From: Wolbachia endosymbiont of Drosophila innubila
GTDB taxonomy: Bacteria; Pseudomonadota; Alphaproteobacteria; Rickettsiales; Anaplasmataceae
NCBI RefSeq assembly: GCF_021378375.1
Contig: NZ_CP076228.1
Span: 840,001 to 872,000, forward strand
Direction of reading: 5' to 3'
Length of the DNA stretch: 32,000 nt
Below, piece after piece: positions 24,330 through 32,000 of this stretch (positions within the stretch are counted from its first letter, which is position 1; every line of letters starts with the position of its first letter). Under the pieces are notes generated by a model. That model made no database searches and was not told the origin of the DNA. It saw only the letters and a program-made list of their open reading frames with translations. A program made the translations under genes and the position numbers.

Positions 24330-25768
24330 TGACTATTAAGACAAGTGCAACATATTACAGAACAACATTATTGTCGCAAAGGCTGATTGAAACTGTTTTG
24401 TTTTCAAGTCCACTCTTAGCTTATACTGGCCCTGGTGCTAATGATATTCCAAATCGCTATTCTGGACAGGATCATTTTTTAGTCCAGCCTCCTTTTATTC
24501 CTACAGCAGGAGGGTTAATCGATGATTTGGAATTTCTTACACATCATGATGACTTAAAAATTCACAAAGTTAAGCAAAAAACTATGAGAATTGACTATAA
24601 GAGAGTTTCTGGCTTGGCTGAAATTTTTGTCGATGACGTCAAATTTTTATTTAACCGCGATCAGTTCCCTAGCAATGTACCAACCAGTTTAACATCATTC
24701 ATGGAGCGCGGTGAGCGCGTTTATCAGGAATTATTAATGCAGGTGATTAGGTCAATAAATGATTATCAATTTAAGACGATAGCATCACGTGGGTTTATCT
24801 GCGCTGGCTCTACTGAAGATAGTATGTATGACTGCATAGAAGGAGAGGTACGTACACTTATCGATTATATGATTCGTGTTAATGGTGGTGTACTTAGAAC
24901 TTCAAGACTTGTAGGTTCAATGCCAAACTCTGCAATTGGAGTTTTGCGTACGAAATCAGGATTAAATTACACGCAAGCGCCGAAAAGCGATATGTTTCTT
25001 AGCGACACTAAAAACATGCTATCACCACTGACATTTGATTGTGCTGATATTTATATCGATACGTCAACTTATTTTCATAAGGCAGGTCCGGCATCTAAAG
25101 ACAAGTTAACAATAAAAGAAATTGTTAAAGAGATGGATGAATATTGTTCTATGACTGTGACTTTTGGTTTTTCTGGGTCAGTAGACATAGAGGTAGATAA
25201 TCGTTTCAATCCTGTCTTTAAAAAAGGAGATATCATTCAACTAGAGGGCAAAGAGTGGCTAGCACGAGATAGGGATGAAATACCATCAGGAGTGCCAATA
25301 GCATTCACTGTAATGAAGGATAGCACGAATGCTACTGTACAGGTGTCACCAGGTATCACCTATGGTGTTGATGTTCCGGAGAAAGAGTATTTAATAGGCG
25401 CTAAAGGAAAAGTTGTCGGAAATCACTGTAAAGCATTCTTCTGGTGGCAACCGGCTTCAATATTTAAGATTGGACCAGTGCCTGCACCTTCAACTAACAA
25501 ATATCTTTACAAGGAAATATCTGCTCCAAATGCTGCTTTTGGACCGACAAAAAATAATGCAATGTCGTTTTTGGTAGACAGCCAATATGTACTCATGAAT
25601 ACCCCATATGAATATGGTGAACTAATGGCTTACATGTATTCAGATTTCTTTCCGTTTTTTGTTGGAACTTTGATATTACCACCGAAATCACCAAAACCAG
25701 AAACTTATATTAAGACGATCAAAAATCTTTCTACTGCTGATAAGAAAGACGATAAAAAAGATGAGTGA
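24329..25768 (+). CDS. P22-type coat (major capsid) protein-like
   Basis: Uninterrupted ORF of 479-480 aa. Four collinear patches resemble P22 gp5 as I recall it (YF..KAG; VDNRF + K[KR]GD; F[TS]V..V.[VI][ST]P; FW...P[VI]PA). See findings. Confidence 0.5.
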   Translation: MTIKTSATYYRTTLLSQRLIETVLFSSPLLAYTGPGANDIPNRYSGQDHFLVQPPFIPTAGGLIDDLEFLTHHDDLKIHKVKQKTMRIDYKRVSGLAEIFVDDVKFLFNRDQFPSNVPTSLTSFMERGERVYQELLMQVIRSINDYQFKTIASRGFICAGSTEDSMYDCIEGEVRTLIDYMIRVNGGVLRTSRLVGSMPNSAIGVLRTKSGLNYTQAPKSDMFLSDTKNMLSPLTFDCADIYIDTSTYFHKAGPASKDKLTIKEIVKEMDEYCSMTVTFGFSGSVDIEVDNRFNPVFKKGDIIQLEGKEWLARDRDEIPSGVPIAFTVMKDSTNATVQVSPGITYGVDVPEKEYLIGAKGKVVGNHCKAFFWWQPASIFKIGPVPAPSTNKYLYKEISAPNAAFGPTKNNAMSFLVDSQYVLMNTPYEYGELMAYMYSDFFPFFVGTLILPPKSPKPETYIKTIKNLSTADKKDDKKDE

Positions 25769-25998
25769 GATAAAGACTTATGATGATAATTTCTCCAATT
25801 TACTTGTGGAAATACAAGGAATGCTTGGGATTAACTCGCGCCGTGATGCTTCTGAGCATCATGGTACGCTCGATTTGGTAAAGAGGCTTTTTTGGGAAGC
25901 TTTTGATCAGTTGCATGAAAATTACTATTGGCTGGGCTCTGATGTTATCCGGGAGTTTGAATTAGAGCCCGGTCAAACAGTTGGTGGTGGCTATTTGT
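25761..25998 (+). CDS. hypothetical phage-associated protein, exon 1 (gene split by group II intron)
   Basis: Its ATG overlaps the coat-like gene stop (ATGAGTGA). The ORF runs into the intron 5' end GTGCG at 25999. Confidence 0.6.
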
Positions 25999-26489
25999 GT
26001 GCGCCAAGAAGTGCGTAAGGAACAGTTGGTGAAAATCCAACACGGGTAAAGCTTAGCCGGCAACCTGGAACAAACCATTATGCTGCGTAAGGTAACGAGC
26101 GTAGTAAAGCTAATGGAATGGACAACATAGGGTGCAACGAAAGTGAAGGTATTGAGTCCCGTAATTCACGCGTCATGGGGGCTGACACTTTACATTTGGT
26201 GGAAGGCAACATGGGTAATAACGCTAAGGCAAGATATTACTCACCTCATCGGGATCGAAGGCCGCGTCATGTGTTGAGATGGACCTTACGTGAACTTGGG
26301 AGATCCTTTGTATTCCTGTAAGGGTACTCTGGAACAAGTCAATAAAGGCGAGGACTGGAGGAAGATGCAAAGGAAGTCGGACTAATTGATAGTACTCGAG
26401 TGTGGGAAAGCCACATACAAGGGAAGCGGTTAGCAATATAGTGACTGGTATAGGGATTGCTATACCAATACAACAGAGATTAGAGGAGT

Positions 26490-27804
26490 ATGCAAGGAAA
26501 ACTAAACCAGATAGCAGTAAGGGCTAAGCAAGATAAGCGAGTAAAATTTACATCATTAGTTCATTTGATTAATGAAGAGAATCTTGCAGAGTGTTATAAG
26601 GAACTAAAACGCAACAAGGCTTGTAGTATAGATCGTGTGACAGTGGAAGCTTATGGAGAAAATCTAGAAGAGAAACTTAAAACACTAGTGGATAGTATGA
26701 AGAGAAAACAATATCAACCGCTACCAGTGAAAAGGGTATACATACCCAAAGCCGGGAGCAAAGAGAAGCGCGGTCTCGGAATACCATCAACGGAAGATAA
26801 GTTGGTACAGGTAATGCTAAAGAAGATATTAGAAAATATTTATGAAGCAAACTTTATGGACAGCTCGTATGGATTTCGACCAGGAAGAAATTGTCATCAG
26901 GCGATAAACGCTCTAGATAAAGCAGTTATGCACAAACCAATTAACTATATTGTAGAAGTGGATATCAAGAAGTTCTTTGATAATGTTCAACATAAATGGC
27001 TAATGAATTGTCTAAGGGAACGAATAGCTGACCCAAATTTATTGTGGTTAATAAAACGATTTCTAAAGGCAGGAATAGTCGAAGTTGGATGTTATAAAGC
27101 AACCGATCAAGGCACACCACAAGGTGGTATAGTAAGCCCTGTATTAGCTAATATATACTTACACTATGTGCTGGACTTATGGTTTGAAAAGAAATTTAAG
27201 CCAAAAGCCAGAGGATATTTACAGCTAATAAGGTTTTGCGACGATTTTGTAGTTGGCTGCGAGAGGGAAGAAGACGCAAAAGAATTTCTAGAATTACTGA
27301 AACAAAGACTAAGTAAATTTGGGTTGGAAATAGCTGAAAATAAAACAAAAAATAGTAAAGTTTGGTAAGAAAGAATGGTATCAAGCAGAAAGAGAGAAAC
27401 GTAGGACGGCTAGCTTCAACTTTCTAGGATTTACACATTATTGTGGAAAAAGTCGTAATGGTAAACTTATGATGAAGCAGAAAACTTCAAAAATAAGCCT
27501 AGCCAGAAAGATTAAAGAAATCAAAGAATGGTTGAAGATGGTACGAAGTCGTATCTGTTTCAAAGATTGGTGGCAGAAACTTAAAGCCAAACTAACAGGA
27601 CACTATAGCTACTTCGGAGTTAGCGGAAATTATCGGTGTTTGATTCAATTCTATCGACCGGTAACAAAGTTAGCATTTAAGTGGATAAACCGACGTAGTC
27701 AAAAGAAAAGTATGGATTGGGAACAATTTATACACTATTTAAAAGTAAATCCATTACCAAAACCAAAGGTATATGTTTCTTTATACACAGGAGCACTAGT
27801 GTGA
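26490..27804 (+). pseudogene. group II intron-encoded reverse transcriptase/maturase, frameshifted, no endonuclease domain
   Basis: RT blocks are present (RGLGIPSTEDKLVQ, GFRPGRNCHQA, QGTPQGGIVSPVLANIYL, a FCDD variant of YADD in LIRFCDDFVVG), then FLGFTHY and the X/maturase region. The frame breaks in the A6 run at 27347-27352. Pieces are 26490-27368 and 27334-27804. Confidence 0.85.
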
Positions 27805-27817
27805 ACGCTGTATTGTG

Positions 27818-27850
27818 GAGCCGTGTGCGGGAAATCCGCAAGCACGGTTC
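27818..27850 (+). ncRNA. group II intron domain V
   Basis: GAGCCGTGTGCGGGAAATCCGCAAGCACGGTTC has the AGC catalytic triad, a GAAA-type apical loop and a 2-nt bulge on the 3' strand. Confidence 0.8.
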
Positions 27851-27914
27851 TTTTGGGGAGACTATGGTTATGAGACCAAATCGCTGGTTTCAAGGTCATG
27901 AGTCTCTACCAGAC

Positions 27915-28804
27915 TAGACAGGTTAAAAAACAAGAAAAACAATAAAGAAATTCTTAAGGCTTGGTATGACGTTCAAAATGGTTATGAAGACGATGAAAGT
28001 CAAAAAATAGTTGATGATTTTATTTCAGAAGTAAGTATTCCTTTAATGAGAAAATTATTGAGTATTACTTCTCAATATAGTGAACAAATTGTGCTGACGT
28101 TAATGAAAAATATTAGCTCTATAAAGTTAAATAAATTACAATGTTGTGAGCTGGTTCAGCACATGAGAAATAAACTGCAGGAGCATGATTTAGATGACCA
28201 AGAAAGTTTACTCGAAAACATCGGAAAAAAAGTATTCTTAGAGCTATTAAATCGAGATCTACTCGAGACAGATTTTTCTCTCAAGGATTCATCTTTGGAT
28301 GGAGCTAAGAGAATAGCTAATAAGATAATAGAAGAAGAAGTAGCAGAATTTAAATTAAAGGCTGAGAAGACTATTGAAGGTCAGATAATTAGCATGTTAG
28401 ATGGGTTAAGAATGCTCCCAAGAGAAAAAAGATGTTATAGGGTATATGTAGAACTCAGTAAAAATAACGAAAATGATAAGGAAAAAATAAAGAAAATTTT
28501 GCAAGAAAGGTTAAAAGTAACAAAAGCAGCAATGGATGAAATGTTAAAAAAAGGAGCTTCACATAAGCTAGAGTTAGAAATTGAAAGTGTATATGAAGGA
28601 AATAAAGATCACGTTACTCAACTTTATGAAAAAATAAGAGAAACAAAAAAGGAATTCATTGAAGATGGTCTTTTAACACCTCAAGAAGTAGAGAATATAA
28701 CAAAAGCAAAAATCATAGACTTAAACAAAGAGGACAAAATCATACCGTCAAGCAATTTGTCTCGTAGTTTAAGTGTCAATAATTTGGCAGTACATTATCT
28801 ATAA
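27915..28804 (+). CDS. hypothetical phage-associated protein, exon 2 (helical, K/E-rich)
   Basis: The frame is open from 27902. Joining 25998 to 27915 gives a continuous 375-aa ORF. The track's Met-initiated ORF 28046-28804 is its C-terminal part. Confidence 0.55.
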
Positions 28805-29373
28805 AATTTATACTCTTTACCTTGCAGAAGATTCACAATATTTCTGTGGTGTTTTAGGAAGACCAGTGCTCCTATAATTAGTAATGTTAAGAACAAATTC
28901 CTCTGAAAAAAAAAGGACCATGCTACAGCCGTTGAAGTAGCACTGAGTGAAGCAAGGGAAGAGTATCTAAAGGCAAGAAAGACTATTATCCAAATTATTA
29001 CGAATACTAAAGTAATATCGATGTTAAATGCTATCAGTATCCCTAGAGTGGTTGCAACGCCCTTTCCTCCACTGAATTTTAGCCAAATAGGAAACATGTG
29101 TCCTAAAACTGCTAAAATTGCAGATACATATATATAAAAATCGTTATTATCACAAAATTGTTGTGCTATATAAACGGCAATAAATCCCTTAAAGGAATCC
29201 AGAAATAATGCCAAAGCAGCAAGAAATTTATTTCCCCTCCTTGCAACGTTTGTAGCACCAATGTTTCCTGAACCTACTTCTCTTAAGTTTATCCCTTTTA
29301 TTCTTGTAATGATTAAGCTAAACGGTATTGAACCGAGTATGTAGGACAGTATAAGGACTACATACTTTTCCAT
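28795..29373 (-). CDS. plsY: glycerol-3-phosphate acyltransferase PlsY
   Basis: 192-aa polytopic ORF with GSGNIGATNVxR and FKGGKGVAT signatures. Confidence 0.9.
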   Translation of the reverse strand: MEKYVVLILSYILGSIPFSLIITRIKGINLREVGSGNIGATNVARRGNKFLAALALFLDSFKGFIAVYIAQQFCDNNDFYIYVSAILAVLGHMFPIWLKFSGGKGVATTLGILIAFNIDITLVFVIIWIIVFLAFRYSSLASLSATSTAVAWSFFFQRNLFLTLLIIGALVFLKHHRNIVNLLQGKEYKFYR

Positions 29374-29385
29374 TATACCAAGAAC

Positions 29386-30852
29386 CTAATTAATTTTATT
29401 ATTCCTCAGCCTTTTTAGGTAGCACTGAACTTCATCGTTAATCTGATTACTAAACAGTATAAGCGCTGTCATATTGATGAGAGCTAAACAAGAGAATAAA
29501 GTTCCACCGATATTGGCAATAGCCATTATATCTTTAGAAAGACCAGAGAAAAACGCCACAATTATTACCGCTATGCGGTATATCACTATACTTTTTGCAC
29601 CGAATAAATATAGCCACCCCATTTCACAACAATATACAAACGAAATTACTGAAGAAAATGCAAACAAAGGAGCAGCTACTGTTAGAAGGATAGGAAACCA
29701 TGGAGAAACTGTCTCAAATGCTTTGTGAGTAATTAATATTCCCTCACCAACACCTGTTTGGTATGCACCTGTTATTACTATTGTTATTCCTGTTAAACAG
29801 CAAATTAACATTGTGTCAAAGCATGGTTCTATCATAGCGACTAGACCAGTTCTTACTGGTTCTTCATCTTTAGTTGTTGCATGAGTAATTGAAGCAGAAC
29901 CAACACCTGCTTCGCTGGCAAAGATTGCCCTTTGAATTCCAGCAACAAATGCTCCTACCATCCCTCCGCCAACAGCATTGAAATCTATCATAGTGGAAAA
30001 TAATATTTTCAACGTATAACCAAGGTTATGAATATTAAATGCAATAATAATAATACAACTCAAGATATATATAAGTGACATAATAGGCACTAGTGCAGAA
30101 GATACTCTAGCTATCCTTTTAATTCCGCCAATAATCACTAGAGCAAGCAGCGCAGAAATTATGGAAGAAAGAAACCAAGAGTGACCATCTACCCAACTTG
30201 AATAGCCAGATAATATTGAAACCATTTGGTTGGTTTGAAACGCTACACTTCCACCAAGACCTGATAATACAAAGAATACTGCATACATGGCAGCCAGCAC
30301 AATACCAAGTTTTTTAAATCCAAATTCCTCCAGACCATTCCTTATATACTGAAAGGGACCACTAAACAATTGGTCCTGATCTTCTGTTCTATGTCTAAAC
30401 GCCAACGTTACCTCAGCAAATTTTGTTGACATACCAAAAAAACCTGTAATCATCATCCAAGGCACCGCTCCTGGTCCACCCATTGAAACTGCAATTGCGA
30501 CTCCAGCAACAGTTCCAAGGCCTACTGTGCTTGAAAGTGCAGTCATAAATGCCTGAAAATGCGTAATATGACCATCATGGTGATTCGTGTCATATTTTCC
30601 ACATAAAATAGCAAACGCATGCTTAAACATTCTTATGTTGAGAAATCCAAAACGTAATGTTAGAAACACATAACCAAAAACTAGTAGAAGGATTATAAAT
30701 GGCACGTAAAGGATCTTGAAAAACAGTACTTCATTCATGAAGTTATTTATTCCATTCAACACAGCGTCATAACTTTCGTAAAAACCTGAAACAGCGTACA
30801 CATCATTAAACAATAGGCAAAATAACACCATACAAAGCAATCTATAAATCAT
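29386..30852 (-). CDS. alanine/glycine:cation symporter (AGCS family)
   Basis: 488-aa polytopic ORF with the GGPGAVPWMMITGFFGMSTKFAE and SEAGVGSA motifs of the sodium:alanine symporter family. Confidence 0.85.
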   Translation of the reverse strand: MIYRLLCMVLFCLLFNDVYAVSGFYESYDAVLNGINNFMNEVLFFKILYVPFIILLLVFGYVFLTLRFGFLNIRMFKHAFAILCGKYDTNHHDGHITHFQAFMTALSSTVGLGTVAGVAIAVSMGGPGAVPWMMITGFFGMSTKFAEVTLAFRHRTEDQDQLFSGPFQYIRNGLEEFGFKKLGIVLAAMYAVFFVLSGLGGSVAFQTNQMVSILSGYSSWVDGHSWFLSSIISALLALVIIGGIKRIARVSSALVPIMSLIYILSCIIIIAFNIHNLGYTLKILFSTMIDFNAVGGGMVGAFVAGIQRAIFASEAGVGSASITHATTKDEEPVRTGLVAMIEPCFDTMLICCLTGITIVITGAYQTGVGEGILITHKAFETVSPWFPILLTVAAPLFAFSSVISFVYCCEMGWLYLFGAKSIVIYRIAVIIVAFFSGLSKDIMAIANIGGTLFSCLALINMTALILFSNQINDEVQCYLKRLRNNKIN

Positions 30853-30853
30853 G

Positions 30854-32000
30854 TTAATACCCTTTAGAATTGTAATAAGAATCTATTGTATTCAAAACTT
30901 CCCTTCTTAGTAGATATATTGCAACAGCATTTGGAATCATAAGGCACATAAACAAACTGTCACCTAGATAAGATATAAATTCTATATTCTTTGACATACA
31001 GCTGATATACACTGAAACCACTATAAGAATTTGGAACGGTATCAGTATTTTTTTACTACCAAATAAATACAGCAAAGCAACTTCACAGTAGTAACAATAA
31101 GCTATTATTGTGGAAAATGCAAAGGAAAACATCATTAGCGGAAAAACTAACTTGCTGAACAAGGGCAAAGCTGTTGAAAATATCGAACTAATTAGTGTAA
31201 TATCACCCACGTTATCAGTGCTATGCATACCAGTGATAATTATCACAATACCAGTCAAAAATGAGATTAATATTGTGTCTATAAGTGGTGCAATCATTGC
31301 AACGCACCCAACTTTAATTGGATCTTCTTCTTTTACAGCTGAATGTGCTATAGCTGCTGTTCCGGTACCTGCTTCGTTAGCAAACACTGATCTTCTCACT
31401 CCGGCTATTAATCCGCTCAATACTCCGCTTCCTATAGCTGATTTATTGAAGATATCTTGGAATATTATGGATAGAGCATTCAGCAAATTACTTCCGTTTA
31501 CATAAATTAAATATATACACATACCCACATATAGCACTATCATAATTGGTGCTAAGCTCGTTGAAACGAAAGCAATGCGCTTTATCCCTCCCAATATTAC
31601 AATAAAGACAAGCAGGGATATAATAATGGATGCGTTGTATTCTAGGAGGTTATTTGATAGTACTGCTATTTGATTTGCTTGAAATGGTATACCGCCCAAA
31701 ATCATTGCAATAAGTAGCATAATCGCATAAGTGAAGGCAAGAAATCTACCAGTTTTTGCAAATCCAATTTTTGCAAGCCCGTACTTCATGTAATAAAAAG
31801 CCCCGCCAGTTGTATTTTCAGAGCGATAAGTAAATGCAAGCACCACCTCGGCAAACTTTATCGACATACCAAGTATTCCGGTAATTACCATCCAAAAAAC
31901 TGCACTTGGGCCCCCTATTGTGATAGCTATTGCAACTCCTGATATTGTTCCAAGACCAACTGTTCCTGAAATTACTGTTGCAAACGCTTGAATATGAGTG
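30854..32000 (-). CDS. alanine/glycine:cation symporter (AGCS family), paralog, 5' end beyond window
   Basis: The ORF stays open past 31891 to the window edge; upstream residues ..GGPSAVFWMVITG continue the family motif. It is separated from the downstream paralog by 1 nt. Confidence 0.85.
   Translation of the reverse strand, partial: THIQAFATVISGTVGLGTISGVAIAITIGGPSAVFWMVITGILGMSIKFAEVVLAFTYRSENTTGGAFYYMKYGLAKIGFAKTGRFLAFTYAIMLLIAMILGGIPFQANQIAVLSNNLLEYNASIIISLLVFIVILGGIKRIAFVSTSLAPIMIVLYVGMCIYLIYVNGSNLLNALSIIFQDIFNKSAIGSGVLSGLIAGVRRSVFANEAGTGTAAIAHSAVKEEDPIKVGCVAMIAPLIDTILISFLTGIVIIITGMHSTDNVGDITLISSIFSTALPLFSKLVFPLMMFSFAFSTIIAYCYYCEVALLYLFGSKKILIPFQILIVVSVYISCMSKNIEFISYLGDSLFMCLMIPNAVAIYLLRREVLNTIDSYYNSKGY

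Larger units (their letters stand above)
25999..27914 (+). mobile_element. bacterial group II intron (1916 bp)
   Basis: 5' GTGCG, an internal RT/maturase ORF, canonical domain V at 27818-27850, a domain VI helix with bulged A at 27908, and a 3' end ..AC at 27914. Confidence 0.85.

Noticed and set aside
26118-26436. ORFs 26118-26321 (+) and 26224-26436 (-), plus 27717-27917 (+).
   Set aside because: They lie in the ribozyme domains I-III and V-VI of the group II intron, are structured RNA rather than coding, and carry no motifs.
23996-28804. Possibility that this is part of a classical WO prophage head module or a cifA/cifB locus.
   Set aside because: The 480-aa protein does not resemble lambda gpE-type capsid or CifA as I remember them. 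No portal, protease or decoration genes, ankyrin genes or deubiquitylase/nuclease domains are present.

Overview
AT-rich, gene-dense window whose gene content, IS types and palindromic repeats look like a Wolbachia-type (Anaplasmataceae) endosymbiont chromosome. That assignment is inference; I ran no database search.

Housekeeping genes:
- fabD, rpmE, nadK
- tRNA-Gly, a short RNase D-like exonuclease, trxA, tRNA(CAT)
- radA, ftsY
- iscU-iscA-hscB-hscA, lepB, pyrB
- a ferric-iron binding protein, plsY, and two tandem alanine:cation symporter paralogs

Four accessory regions interrupt them:
1. 3.6-6.5 kb: an IS graveyard. A degraded IS3-family element with perfect 33-bp terminal repeats sits inside a truncated IS630-family element, next to an IS903-group fragment. 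Hairpin repeats embed all of it.
2. 6.4-12.7 kb: a 5.2-kb segment bracketed by about 550-bp inverted repeat arms. It carries a compact Chlamydia-type folate operon (CADD/PqqC-like, FolB, FolK-FolP, FolA, CofE-like).
3. 19.1-19.9 kb: a 325-bp MITE with 18-bp IS903-like terminal repeats and a perfect 9-bp target duplication, next to an IS66-family 3' fragment.
4. 22.1-28.8 kb: a third, diverged copy of the arm repeat, then an IS66-family 5' fragment cut by a 916-bp IS5-family element. Next comes a small phage head-module remnant whose intact 480-aa ORF resembles the P22 coat protein. The gene after it is split by a group II intron with a frameshifted RT/maturase.

The most interesting items are the orphan P22-like capsid gene, the in-frame intron insertion, and the promoter-led repeat family whose two near-identical copies bracket the folate segment. 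An HscB without the HPD motif is also notable. All homology calls rest on motif recognition by eye and need HMM or BLAST confirmation.
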